Origin: Dehalococcoidia bacterium | GTDB taxonomy: Bacteria; Chloroflexota; Dehalococcoidia; Bin125 | Length of the DNA: 55,190 nt | Direction: 5' to 3' | Assembly (NCBI GenBank): GCA_963555985.3 | Contig: CAUVXV020000009.1 | Coordinates: 1 to 55,190, forward strand | Part shown: positions 27,707 to 39,476 of the stretch, one piece after another | Layout: the number at the start of each line of letters is the position of its first letter | How positions within the stretch are numbered: position 1 is the first letter of the stretch | Program-made: the position numbers and the translations under genes | The notes under the pieces: generated by a model | Told to the model about the DNA's origin: nothing | The model's database searches: none | Seen by the model: only the letters and a program-made list of their open reading frames with translations

Positions 27707-30700
27707 TCAAGTCAAGGCTGCGGATCGTGCCAAACCAATCAAGCGGCGAGCCGCAGGGCTCCGTTGCAGTTCGATCCGACGCAGGAACCAGAGGAATGCG
27801 AGCAGATTTGCGGTAAAGAGCGCGACCAGCGCTCCGAAGAGCACGCCGACGCCCGGCCAATCGACGATGAACCGTAGCGGCGGCACGACATCGCGTCCGT
27901 CGGGTGTGAGCGCGAAGAAGTCGAGCAGCACGCCGCCGCCGAGCGCGCCCACCGCGAGCCCGGCGCCCAAGCCAATCACAATCACTGCGACCTGCTCCAA
28001 TGCGATCAGGCCCAAAATCTGACGCACGCTCATGCCTACGCTCTGGCAGACGGCAAATTCCACCCGCCGCGCCTGCGCAGTCACCGCCGTCAACACCATC
28101 AGCCCGAACGCCGCCGCCACTGCGACCGCCGCAAGCGCCCCGACGAACACCCCGTTCCACGCGGCAACGATCAGCGGGGTCGGCGGAGAGATCCGCTCGC
28201 GCCGACTCGATCGTGATCACCTCGTTCGCGTCCAGCGGCACTTCTGCGAGCGCCAACAACTCCGACCACTCGGCCAAGGGCGCGCTGACCCAGAGTTCGT
28301 CCAGCACCGCCAGTGCCGTCCCCGCAGTCGCGCTTGAGTACAGCGCGTCGAACAGCGCCGCTCGATCCATCAACACCAGCGGCGGGTCTCGTTGCGGATC
28401 GTAGGCGGGAAAGACATCGAACGTGCCGGCCACGATGAACGTCATCGGCATCGGGCCGACTCGGAGGCGCACCTTATCGCCGACGGCCAGCCGTCCCTGC
28501 TCGGCTGCCTCCTTCGAGAACAGCGCCGGCAGCGGCGAATACTCCGAGCGATAGCGCAGCCCGCGCAGCGAGGCCGCCTCGCCCGTCCAGCTAAACCTGA
28601 CCCCCGGTTCAGATTCCAACACCTGCAACGAGTCGACCGGCTCAATGCCCACTTCGAGCGGAAGCGGCTCCCATTTGCCTGAGTCGAACTGTGCAAGGAG
28701 AACGGTCTCGCCGCCGAACCGATAGGTCAGATCGCGCAGTTCAACCGAGCTCGATCGTCGGGCCAGAGCAATGTCAAGAGACATTAAGGTGAGCGGGGCG
28801 AAGGCGCGTTCCGCGACTCCAGGCCGCCAGCGAGTGCCGGCGCGCACCGGTCGCGCGCCCTCCGGAGCAAGCAGCACCGCCGGTCGGTCGGTCAGTTGGA
28901 TCGTCGCCTCTCGCCACTCTGTATCAGCCTCGATCTGCACATCGGCCTCCTCCAGTGTGTACCACCAGTAACGCCCATTCGCATCAAGCACTTTCACGCC
29001 CAGCGCATAGGGTGCGGCCGTCGCGCCGAGCTTGTAGCGAAGCGTCAGATAGCCGCCGAGCTCGGGAATCTCGGCGCGATCGACGGATGATGCCGGGGGG
29101 GCAATGCTCGCCAACAGCTCCGGATCTACTGCCCAATCCGCAGCTTGCTCCGCCAGTTGACCCGCAACCGCGGCCGCATCCAGCGCAGCGACGCCGAGCC
29201 GTCCTGATTCCTCGTCTCCGTCGAATGCGCCTGCAAGCCGTTTCACTTGCGCGGTTGACTGCCCGGTCAGTGTTTCGATTTCCTCGTATGCGACCAATTC
29301 CGAGACTGGCTCCAGGAGCCGCACCGACGCGCCTGCTTGATGGAGCGAGCGTGCCTCATACGAGGCGTCAAGAGTCGAGCGGAAGGACGCGGCGAAGACA
29401 GCGAGCGCGCCCGCGATGGTCAGTAACAGGACCGTGCGCGCATAGTGCGTCGGCGTGCGGCCCAGATACCAGGCGCCCAGCAGCAGCGTGAGCCAGCGCA
29501 GCGGCGCCGCTAGTCGCGCCAGCGCCCGCCATCGCTGTCGGAAACAGCCGCAACACCGCCAGTCCCACCACGAACAAGAGCACCGTCGGCGTGGCGACGG
29601 CGAGCCAGTCGAGCCGCGTCTCCCCCACGAGCGGCGAGTCAATCGGCTCGCCCGACCACTGCAACTCGAAGATCAGCAGCGCCCCGAGCGCCGCGATCGC
29701 GGCGTCGATCAGCGCTCGCTGACCCCACGACACCGGCGGGCGTCCGCGCGCCCGCCGCGTTGTCACGATCGTCTCACGGGTCGCGCGGTACATCGGCACC
29801 GCCTGCGCGATCAACGCCAGCGCGCCCGCGCCTAACGCGAGGTACCACGCCTCCAGCGGCAGCGCCGCCGGTAGGAACGGTCCCAAACCCGCCTCAGCCA
29901 GCGCCGCGTCGAACGGAGGCACCAAACCGAGCAGCGACACCAACCCCAGTCCGATCAACGGTCCGAACGCCACTGCCGGGGCTGTTAAGACTGCTGCTTC
30001 CACGATATGCAGCAGTGCGACATCGCTCCGCCGCGCGCCGCGCGACCGCAGCCAGGCTGTGTCTTCGGTGCGCTGCTCGGCCAGCATCGCGGCCGCGACG
30101 ACCGCGTAGACGAGCACTGCTCCAACGAGCTGGAGCACGACCATCAACAACGTGCCTTGAGCAAACGTGAAGCGCGCGCGGAAGCCCGTGAGCGCATTGA
30201 CCAACTGGGTCTCCTGGTTTAGTCCCTCCAGAGCCTGCGCCAGACGAGTCTGCATCAGCTCCAGTGCCGCCGCTGCCTCCGAGGCGGCAGACGCCGAGAG
30301 TCCCTCGAGGTCAACGCGCCAGCGCTGGAGCAACGTCAGCCGCAAGGTTGGCGACTGAGCGGAGAGCACGCCGAGCATGTCTTCGCGGTGCGCCCAGAGC
30401 CGGAGTTCCGTGTCACGCGCCGCGATTGGCCAGAACGACACGTCCTCGGTCGACCAACGCCGCTCGTCGCTGCCGGGCTGCACGATTCCGACGATCCGAA
30501 TTCGGCTTTCGTGTTGGTTGCCCAGCCAGAACGGTTGCGCCCAGCGTTCGTCGCCTACTGCCAGTCCCGAATCGCTCCGCTTGCGACTGCTCGATCGCCA
30601 CTTCGATCGTGCCTCCGGCAGCGCCTGCCTGCGGCATCGACCCTTCGTGCAACTCGGACTGCTCCGTCAGATCGGTCTGCCAGACAAACGTGCCGTGCGC

Positions 30701-31078
30701 CGCGCCGTCCGCCCCGAACTCCTCGGCGTCCCCGCGCAGGACGTAGCCGCCGGTTCGTCCCGCGCCCATCTGACCAACCAGCAACTCGCCTGCGGCCGTT
30801 TCGACCTCAGTCGCGATCAACTCCTCTACGTCCGCAACCGACTCGGCGTCGGCGGTCACGCCCGATTGAATGAAGCGCAGGTCGAGCTCGCTCGCTTCCA
30901 CCGAAGCGAGGGCTTGCCGTAAGCCGAGGTCGCGGACGGCTTCGATGAAGATCGGCGCGGCGCTGGCCAGACCGACGGCTAGCACGGCCCCCGCCAGCAG
31001 CACGGCCGACATCCGCGGCGCAGACCAGATGCGGCGCAACGCGAGACGCGCGAGTTCCGGCCAAAGATCGCCGCCCAT
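27707..31078 (-). CDS. FtsX/MacB-like ABC permease B (several frameshifts)
   Basis: Consecutive ORF pieces with LRSRGA, TM blocks and RRVEFAVCQSVGM. Confidence 0.8.
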
Positions 31079-34000
31079 TACTCACTCCCCTCCCGCAACA
31101 GCATCGCCGCATCACGTCCCGATGCCCAACGCGAAACCAGCGCCGTCCCAAAGAGTCCGCAAATCGCGATCACCGCTACGCCAAGACCTGCGACCAGCCA
31201 ATCTATCGACAACACAGTCGGCGGAGCCGCCGCCACACCTTCCACCGTCACATTGAGGAACGCCAGCAGCGCCCCGGTCACCGCCCAACCCAGGCCTAAC
31301 CCCACCCCAACTCCGGCGATCAGCACAAGTCCGACCTCGACCGCCGCCTGCAAGGCAAGCTCGCTCCGAGCCATGCCGATCGTGCGCAGCAGCGCGAATT
31401 CACGCGCTCGTTCCGTCGCCGCCGAAGCCAACGTCAATACGAGCGCCGCCGTGCCCACGATCAACAAGCCCAGAAATCCCACCAGAAACAGCGCCGAAAC
31501 CCCGCCGGAACGAAATGGATCCTCTTGCGCCGCGGTTGTCAGCCCCACGGCGTCGAACACCGCGCTCGACAGGTACACCTCATCCAGCAAATTCCTCACC
31601 GCGATCCGCCCCCCATCCGACGACACGCCCGCCCAGACCTCGGTGATCGGCAATACCGCCTGCTGCGATGAGACCAGAGACGCCGCCCGCAGCGCCAGCA
31701 GGTCCGCAATCACGAATCCACCTTGGGCCGGATTCAGCGTCGGAAAGTAATCGACGACAGCGGTAATCCGCACCGGCGCCGAAAAGTTCGCCAGCGCAAT
31801 TGGAATCACGTCGCCTAGGGCAAGCCCAGAAGCCTCGAACGAGGCCCGATCCATGGCAGCCGATACCGGCACATTCGGTGAGGCCCGCACGATCAAGCGC
31901 TCATCATTCGCAGCGAGCGAGGCCCAGTGGTAGGCGAGCGCGCTCTCGCCTTCTCGAGCCCCTTCGGATCCAAACTCCACTCGATCCGCACCGGCCCCGC
32001 CGGACGCCGTGAACCAGGGAGCATCAGCCTCGAAACCTTCCACCAACACTGAATCATCTTCGCGCTGGGCGCGCAGGTCGTCGATCCACATCACCCCGGT
32101 CGGCGCGCGCACCACTCGCGCTTGCGGTCGCGCGATCAAGGCGGCGAGCCGCAGCGGACCACTCAGCGTCCGCACCGACGCGCGCAACTCCTGCCATTCG
32201 CCGCTCAAGGTGCTGCCGGTTGAGTAGGCAAGCCGCCGCTCATGCGCCTGTCCGTAACGGTCGAGCACGCGCACGTGGAGTTCGAGGTTCGAGTTGCCAG
32301 GATCCGTGCGTGCCCAAAGCGACAGTCCTACCGTACCTTCGGGCAGTTCCACACCAGGGCGTCCGGGCTCGCGCGCAATCGCGCTGAGTAGCTGATCGGG
32401 CGGCAGACCCAACAGCTCCTCACGCAGCTCCACGATTTCGCCCAAGCGATCGGTCTGAACACCCAGCAGAATCACACGGCTGCCGGCCTTGTCGCCGCCG
32501 ATCGAGCCGATCCCTCGAAACGCCGCCGCAGACCCTGAGACATCCGCTCGCGAATCCAGCGGCTCGGTCACACGCCCGGCGGTCGAATTGCCGAGGTTGC
32601 TGCCAATCGACACGCCCCCGTAGGTCCGCACCCACGCTGTAGCGCACCCGCTCCGTCTCCATCTCACGGATGGTCGATGCATACGTCGCCGAGATCAGTC
32701 CCACCGCGGTCACGAACGCAACGAGCGCGGTCAGCAACATCGCGCCGCCCGGATTCCGCGCGGTGGTCTGCACTCCCAACAACAGCCAGGATGGCGTGCC
32801 CATCCGTGCCAGGATCGTTCCCATCGCGCCCCACAGCCGCGGTCCAATCCGCATCAACGCCAGCGCCGCTCCGAGCAGGAGCAAGCCCGGACTGAGCATC
32901 AACACGGGATTGATCCCCCCCGTCTCGAACGCTGCCAGCGCCCCGCCCGAGGCCTCACTCTCGAACTGCAGGAAGAGCACGCCCGCAAGCACCAACAGCG
33001 CGACATCGAGCCACGCGCGCTGGATCAGCGACTGCCGAACCGGTCTCCCGCCGAGCAGGCCGCGACGATCCACTCTGGATCCGCGCCGCGCCTCGAACCA
33101 GGCCGGAGCGGTGAAGGCAGCCCAGGCCAACAGCGCACCGCCGACCGCAAGCAGCCAGGCCTCCCAGGTCAGGCGCGTATCCAGCGGCTCGCCCCCGCTG
33201 ACTCTCGCCAGCGCTCCCAGTCTCCCCGAGTGATGCAAGGCAAACGCCGCCAGCGGAGCGCCCAGCGCCGCCGCCGGAGCCGCAATCCAGAGGCCGAGCA
33301 GCGCCTGCGCTGCTGCTTGCTGCCAAGCCTTCGCCCCGCGAGCCGCCAACCGCTCCCGATCCGGGCGCGTCCGGGCTGCAATCAAACGGCCGACGAGCGC
33401 CACTGCGAACAGTCCCGCAGCCGCAACCTGCAACCCGGCCAGCAGCGACTGTCCCGCCGAAAATTGCGCCCGCCGCTCAAAGTCGCGCAAGACGCGCTCG
33501 AGATAAATGCCCGACGACCCGCCTTCCAACCGGCTCAAAGATTGGCTGTATCCCGCCAGCGCTTCGATCGCCTCATCCACCTGGTCGGACACGAGCGCCG
33601 TCGGACTGAGTTTCGTCCTCAGGCGATGCGTCAGCGTCAACCCGGGCCACTGCTGCGCAACCGGGCCCAGCAGCGCGTCGCGCGAGACGAACAAGCCCAT
33701 GTACGGCTCTTCCGCCCCTCCGATGCCAACATCGATCTGTAGTTCAAACCACACGTCGGTGTAGTGCAACGCCAAGGATTGCGATGGATTCGCGAGTCGG
33801 CTCCACCAGCCCGACCACCTCGAGCGCCAATGAATCCTCGTTCAAGATCGTGCCGACTTCGAGCCCGACCTCCTCCGCCAATGCGAGCCCGGCCAGGACC
33901 GGCACCGCCCCGTTCGCGCTGAGTCCGTCCGAGGGCCAGTCACCATCGACGAGGCGCGCGCCTTCACGCAGCCCCTCGAACCACATCAGGTATGTCGGTA

Positions 34001-34376
34001 ACGACTCGGCATACCCCAGGTCAGCTCTGACATAACGGCCGGGGAACAGCGGCGATTCGACGATTGCGCGCGTATTGCCCAGCAGTCCATCGAACTCTGC
34101 AAGAAACGCCGCCTGCGCGGCGCGCGACGACTCGTAGACGGTATCCCAGTTCGCCTCGTCAGCCGGTCGCTGGGCGCGTGCGTGGTCGGCAAACTGCGCC
34201 GCTCGTGGACTCTGAGCGATCAACTCCCGCAGCGCGAGGTCGGCCGCGGTCGGGCGGTACACCAGCGGCGCGGCCGTGAGCGCCGCCGAGATCGTGATCA
34301 CCGCCGCCGCTGCGAGCATCAACCACCGACCGCCGCGCAACTCACGCAGCGCCGCAAGCCGCATCAGTCCGAACAT
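31078..34376 (-). CDS. FtsX/MacB-like ABC permease A (at least two frameshifts)
   Basis: LAARGA, RYSVGAD, VDYFPTL and RAREFALLRTIGM motifs. Confidence 0.8.
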
Positions 34377-34481
34377 GCGCTGGCCTCCCCGCCTCCTCGG
34401 CGGCAGTAGTTGGCGGTTATCCTACCGACGCTTATCATTTCAGTGACACGAACCATCTCCCCATGCTCAGGAGTATCCCCT

Positions 34482-35276
34482 ATGACCACTCAGACCGAGA
34501 CCCATACCTCGATCGACGTCACCGTCGCCGGCCTCAAAGTTCACGCGCTGCAAGACGGCTCCGGACCGAACATCGTCGTCCTCCATCACTCGACCGGCAG
34601 CCCGGGTTGGATCCCGTTCTACGACCACCTCGCCGAGAACCACACGGTGACCGTGATCGACATCCCCGGCTACGGCCAGTCCGAGCGTCCTGTTTGGGCT
34701 CGACACCCGCGCGATGTCGCCATTCTGATCCACAGCGCGATCCACAAGTTCGGCATTGAAGGCGGCGGACACCTCGTCGGTCTCGGTTTCGGCGGCTGGG
34801 TTGCGGCCGAACTCGCCTCCATGCACCTGCACGGCCTCGACAGCCTCACTCTGATCGGCGCAGCCGGCGTCCAGCCCGAGGAAGGCGAAATCGCCGATGT
34901 GATCTTCTACGAGTTCGAGGAGTACGTGAAGCTCGGCTTCTCCTCCGACGAGGCCTACGCCGAAGTCTTCGGCGACGAAGCCGCGCCGGAACTCAAGGAA
35001 CTCTGGGACTTCTCGCGCGAAATGACCGCGCGCCTGACCTGGAAGCCCTGGATGTTCAACCGCCAGCTTCCCTATCTCCTGACCGAGATGGAGACGCCGA
35101 CCCTGCTGCTCTGGGGCGAACACGATCGCGTCGTCCCGATCGGCGTCGCCGAGGTCTACGACGCTCATCTGCCCAACAGCCGTATCCAGGTGCTCGACGG
35201 ACTGGGCCACCTGGTCGAACTGGAAAATCCGCAGGCCGCTGCGGAGGCCGTGAGCGCCTTCGTTGCCAGCGTCTAA
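34482..35276 (+). CDS. Alpha/beta hydrolase fold protein lacking the nucleophile Ser
   Basis: DIPGYGQS, HLVGLGFGG, LLWGEHD and GHLVELE motifs; AGGAG RBS. Confidence 0.88.
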   Translation: MTTQTETHTSIDVTVAGLKVHALQDGSGPNIVVLHHSTGSPGWIPFYDHLAENHTVTVIDIPGYGQSERPVWARHPRDVAILIHSAIHKFGIEGGGHLVGLGFGGWVAAELASMHLHGLDSLTLIGAAGVQPEEGEIADVIFYEFEEYVKLGFSSDEAYAEVFGDEAAPELKELWDFSREMTARLTWKPWMFNRQLPYLLTEMETPTLLLWGEHDRVVPIGVAEVYDAHLPNSRIQVLDGLGHLVELENPQAAAEAVSAFVASV

Positions 35277-35361
35277 CCCACTGCGAGACAGCGGCGCACT
35301 GTCGTATCATGCGTGAAACCCGCCGCGAGCGGAGCCGAACCCCCGAGAGGACCCCCTGAAC

Positions 35362-36660
35362 ATGTTCATCGGCTATTTCACCGAACGCCCCTACCAAGAC
35401 TTCGACTCCGGTTGGGTTGGTGCCACCGGGCGTGAGATCGAAGACCTGGGTATGACCAACGGGGACTACAACCCCCGCATTGGCGCCGAGCTCTACAACC
35501 GCTACCTCGACGAGAAGGTCTACGCCGAGGAGATGGGCTTCGACGGCCTGATGCTCAACGAGCACCACTCCACGCCCTTCTGCATGGGCGGCGTGATGAA
35601 CGTCGAAGCCGCGATCCTTGCCCGCATCACCAAGCGCGCCAAGATCGTCCTGCTCGGCAATGTCCTCCCGATTTGGGAAGACCCGCTCTGGCTGGCCGAG
35701 GAACTCGCCGAGATCGACATGATCTCGCGCGGCCGCCTCGTCACCGGTTGGGTGCGCGGTACCGGGCGTGAGTCCGTCGCTCACAACTCACAGTCGCCCT
35801 TCAACTGGGAGCGCTTCCAGGAAGCCCACGACTTCGTCGTCAAGGCCTGGTCTACTCCCGGACCGTTCCGCTGGGAAGGCGAGCACTACCAGTACCGCTA
35901 CGTCAACCCCTGGGCTCGCCCCTACCAAGAGCCGCACCCGCAGATCTGGATTCCCGGCGTGATGTCGCGGAACACCGTCAAGTGGTGCGCCGAGCATCGC
36001 TACCCCTACGTGATGCTCGCCACCGAGATCGAGCCGACCAAGCAATCGTTCAAGTACTACGACGAGGTTGCGCAGGAGAACGGCTACGAAGCCTCGACCG
36101 AGCACCACGGCTACCTCTTCAAGGTCCACGTCGACGAAACCGAAGAGCTGGCCGAGCAAGCCGGCCGCAAGTACATCAGCGGCCCGGCCAACCCGTTCCT
36201 CGAGGGCAACCAGGGCAACGTCCGCGCCAACCTCCAGAATCTGCCTGGCCTGACCAGCCGCACCGCGCTGCTGCCGACCGTCACCACCTTTGCCGCCGCC
36301 GCACGTGGCCGCGAAGCCGCCCGCGAGGCCGCCCTGGCCGAGCAGGAAGCAGCCGAGCAGGACAAGCGCGACGCCGACGCCTTTGGCACCTACGAGGAGC
36401 AGGTCAACAAGTACTCGATCATCACCGGTACGCCGAAGACCGTCATCCCCAAGATCCGCCACGTCCTCGAAGAGCTGCGCCCCGGCAACATCTTCTTCTG
36501 GGACGGCGACGGCGCGATGAACCACGAGGACGCGATGCGCTCGCTCCGCCTCTTCGGCGAGGAAGTCATCCCCGCCGTCCGCGAGATGGGCAAGGAACTC
36601 GACCTCAAGGGCGCCTTCGAGGTCGACACCCAGACCGGCGCGCCCCTCAGCGGCGACTAA
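35362..36660 (+). CDS. Luciferase-like (LLM) flavin-dependent monooxygenase
   Basis: GFDGLMLNEHH, LAEELAEIDMISRGR, PYQEPHP and SLRLFGEEVIP motifs. Confidence 0.92.
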   Translation: MFIGYFTERPYQDFDSGWVGATGREIEDLGMTNGDYNPRIGAELYNRYLDEKVYAEEMGFDGLMLNEHHSTPFCMGGVMNVEAAILARITKRAKIVLLGNVLPIWEDPLWLAEELAEIDMISRGRLVTGWVRGTGRESVAHNSQSPFNWERFQEAHDFVVKAWSTPGPFRWEGEHYQYRYVNPWARPYQEPHPQIWIPGVMSRNTVKWCAEHRYPYVMLATEIEPTKQSFKYYDEVAQENGYEASTEHHGYLFKVHVDETEELAEQAGRKYISGPANPFLEGNQGNVRANLQNLPGLTSRTALLPTVTTFAAAARGREAAREAALAEQEAAEQDKRDADAFGTYEEQVNKYSIITGTPKTVIPKIRHVLEELRPGNIFFWDGDGAMNHEDAMRSLRLFGEEVIPAVREMGKELDLKGAFEVDTQTGAPLSGD

Positions 36661-36687
36661 CGCGCACCCGCCCGCAGTTCGCAAAAT

Positions 36688-36713
36688 CAGAGACCCGCTC
36701 CGGCGGGTCTCTG
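36688..36713. terminator. Hairpin, probable terminator after the LLM gene
   Basis: CAGAGACCCGC-TCCG-GCGGGTCTCTG; weak U-tract. Confidence 0.5.
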
Positions 36714-36729
36714 CACGTCTCTCCTTTCC

Positions 36730-36767
36730 TTCATTCCCGCGAACGCGGGGAGCGACAGAGGGGGTCC
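36730..36767. repeat. Hybrid REP-like element
   Basis: TCATTCCCGCGAACGCGGGGA joined to GCGACAGAGGGGGTC, as at 11825-11907. Confidence 0.7.
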
Positions 36768-36905
36768 CCAATCCAATCCACACTGTGATCCCCGCCACAC
36801 TTCACTCAAAGTCAGCCCGGCACAGAACGCCAGTCCGTATATGATCAACCGCACTTCACTCCACACGCGCAACAAACAGCTCCAGCCATGACCGCCGCAA
36901 CCCGC

Positions 36906-37025
36906 CTAGACAAATCAGGACACACTCGGATTAACATCTCTAATTCCGCTCTAACACCCGAACAATCCAGACGGATCTGGACGAATCTGGACTTTTCCGG
37001 ACTACCTGTCGCTCAATTCCCCACC
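36906..37025. repeat. Non-coding element with 10-bp-phased repeats
   Basis: aacaatccag|acggatctgg|acgaatctgg|acttttccgg|ac, then CAATTCCCCA. Confidence 0.65.
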
Positions 37026-37101
37026 TGCGGCTGCAAAGTCGCGGCGCCAGCCCAGAAATTCCCCCGTCCGGCACACGGGAAGGTCTGCGTATCCTGACCC
37101 C

Positions 37102-38727
37102 ATGACCCACTCCATCCTCGTCATCGGCGGCGGACCCGGCGGCTCCACCGCCGCCACCCTGCTCGCCCGACAGGGATTCGATGTCAAGCTCTTCGAGCGC
37201 GAGGTCTTTCCCCGCGAACATGTCGGTGAGTCGCTGCTCCCGGCCTCGATCCCCATCCTCGACACGCTCGGTGTCCTGCCCGAGATCGAAGCCGCCGGGT
37301 TCACCCCCAAGTACGGCGCGACCATGGTCTGGGGCCGCGATCCTGAGCCGTGGTCGTGGCGTTTCGCCGAAACTAATCCCCGCAATCCCCACGCCTATCA
37401 GGTCTGGCGGCCCGCATTCGATCTGATGCTCCTCCGCAACGCCCAACGCAATGGCGTCACCGTCCATGAGGGTTGTCGGGTGGTTGATGTCAATCTCGAA
37501 ACGGGTGCTGCCAAGACAGTGACCGTCGAGGCTGCGAATGGCGAAGCGCAGCTCTTCGAGGCAGACTGGATCGTCGACGCCAGCGGACAGAACGGCTTCC
37601 TCGCCCGCCGTCTCGACCTGCGAGTCAACGACGAGTTCTTCCGCAACCTCGCCGTCTACAGCTACTACCGAGGCGCGCAACGACTGCCCGAACCGGACGC
37701 CGGCAACATCTTCATCGAGGCCTACGAACACGGCTGGTCCTGGGCCATCCCACTGCCCGACAACGTGATGTCCGTCGGAGTCGTTGTTGACGCTGCCTGG
37801 GGCGGCGCGAAGCTCGCGGATGCGCCGACCGAAGAGTTCTATCGCGGCCAGCTCGCGATGACAGGACGTACCGCTCAAATGCTCGCCGGCGCGGAAGCAA
37901 TCGACGAGCCGCGCGTCATCCGCGACTGGTCGTATACATCCGAACGGCTTGTCGGCGACGGCTACATCCTTGTCGGCGACGCTGCCTGCTTCATCGATCC
38001 GCTCTTCTCATCCGGCGTCCACCTGGCGCTGTCGTCGGCAGTGCTCGCGTCCGCCTACGTCACCTCGGCGCTGCGCGACCCCGAAATGCGCAAGCCCGCC
38101 GCCGAGGTCTACACCCAGCTCTACATGCAGCAGTACCACCAGTTCCGCGAGATGGCCGCGCTCTTCTACGCCTCCAACCGTACCTCCGACTCCTACTTCT
38201 GGGAGGCGCGCAGGATCACCCAGACTTCCGATGACGTGTCCCCGCGCGAAGCGTTCATCGCCGCCGTCGCCGGACAGCCGCCGCAAGGCTACGAGCGGGT
38301 CGTCCTCGAACGCGGCGAAGCCCCGCCCGATTTCGTCGAAGGCGTCGCCGCCGTCGAGCAGGAGCGCGAGCGCCGCACCCGCGCCGCCGCCGGCTGGATC
38401 GATAGCGCCTGGCCCGACCGCAGTCCGATCCTCGAAATGATTCCCGTGCTCGCCAGCGGCGTCTCGCTCGAACGCAAGCCGGTGATCGGCGAGGGTCAAT
38501 TCGACTGGGGCGCGGTCATCACCTCAAGTTCGCGACCACAAGGCGCACAGGTCAGCACGGCAGTCGCCGCGCTGGTACACCGGATCGACGGTCGGCAGAC
38601 CGTACGGCAACTCCTGAATGACCTGCTCGATGGCGTCCCCGAGCCGACACGCAACCAACTCACGCCGGGTTTACTCACTGCTCTCCGCATCCTCTACATC
38701 GACGGCATCATTGAGCGTTGGACCTAA
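37102..38727 (+). CDS. Flavin-dependent halogenase with a C-terminal winged-helix-like extension
   Basis: GGGPGG, FPREHVGES, FTPKYG lysine, GWSWAIPL (WxWxIP), DWSY and GDAACFIDPLFSSGV motifs. Confidence 0.88.
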   Translation: MTHSILVIGGGPGGSTAATLLARQGFDVKLFEREVFPREHVGESLLPASIPILDTLGVLPEIEAAGFTPKYGATMVWGRDPEPWSWRFAETNPRNPHAYQVWRPAFDLMLLRNAQRNGVTVHEGCRVVDVNLETGAAKTVTVEAANGEAQLFEADWIVDASGQNGFLARRLDLRVNDEFFRNLAVYSYYRGAQRLPEPDAGNIFIEAYEHGWSWAIPLPDNVMSVGVVVDAAWGGAKLADAPTEEFYRGQLAMTGRTAQMLAGAEAIDEPRVIRDWSYTSERLVGDGYILVGDAACFIDPLFSSGVHLALSSAVLASAYVTSALRDPEMRKPAAEVYTQLYMQQYHQFREMAALFYASNRTSDSYFWEARRITQTSDDVSPREAFIAAVAGQPPQGYERVVLERGEAPPDFVEGVAAVEQERERRTRAAAGWIDSAWPDRSPILEMIPVLASGVSLERKPVIGEGQFDWGAVITSSSRPQGAQVSTAVAALVHRIDGRQTVRQLLNDLLDGVPEPTRNQLTPGLLTALRILYIDGIIERWT

Positions 38728-38780
38728 TCCATCCCACTACACTCTCCACGACCACCGCCTGCCACGGCAAGGAGCGCTTG

Positions 38781-39335
38781 ATGTCGACCGAACAACCGCC
38801 CCAGACCATCGGACGCATCGAACAGCTCAGCGCCTCACGCGGCGGCGTCCCCAAGCGAGCCGTCCCCGAAGCGGTCGTCAACGAATATGGCCTCACCCAG
38901 GATCGTCAACGCGATCGCCGCCATCACGGAGGACTGGAACGCGCCCTCTGTCTCTGGTCATCGGAGATCATTGACCAGCTCCGCGCCGACGGTCACGACA
39001 TCCGCGCAGGTGCAGCGGGAGAGAACGTCACCGTCCGCGGCATCGAGTGGAAGCGCCTCGTGCCCGGCTCTCGCCTCCGATTGGGCGACCAAGTGATCGT
39101 CGAGATCACCTCATATGCCTCGCCCTGTCGGATCATTGCCCATTGCTTCCGCGACGGCGACTTCAACCGAATCAATCACCAGACCCATCCCGGCCGCTCG
39201 CGGCTTTATGCGCGAGTCGCACGACAGGGGATTGTCCATCCCGGCGATCAGGTTGTCCTAGAGATCGACTCGGCTGCGGATCGGGGCGCGCGTGTGCAAC
39301 CCAAGACCACGCGTTGGCGACCGCCGAGCAACTAG
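38781..39335 (+). CDS. MOSC domain protein
   Basis: GGVPK, HHGG.ERALCL, GENVT, SPC and RLYARV motifs. Confidence 0.88.
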   Translation: MSTEQPPQTIGRIEQLSASRGGVPKRAVPEAVVNEYGLTQDRQRDRRHHGGLERALCLWSSEIIDQLRADGHDIRAGAAGENVTVRGIEWKRLVPGSRLRLGDQVIVEITSYASPCRIIAHCFRDGDFNRINHQTHPGRSRLYARVARQGIVHPGDQVVLEIDSAADRGARVQPKTTRWRPPSN

Positions 39336-39476
39336 GAGGCGTTTAGGCGACATTCGTGTGACGGGAGACTCGTTCGCAGCGCATGGGGTACTCCCGCCGC
39401 TGCGCGTGCGATGTTACGCTCCCCATTGCAATCGCTCGCGAAGGCATACGTTGTAGCTTCTGACCGGAGACAACCG

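Noticed and set aside
22268-34376. Programmed frameshifting or recoding
   Set aside because: Too many unrelated genes are affected and no consistent slippery motif was seen; consensus error is simpler.
22268-38727. A halide-handling cluster (CLC, Fluc, halogenase)
   Set aside because: The genes are separated by unrelated loci, and CLC and Fluc are common housekeeping transporters.
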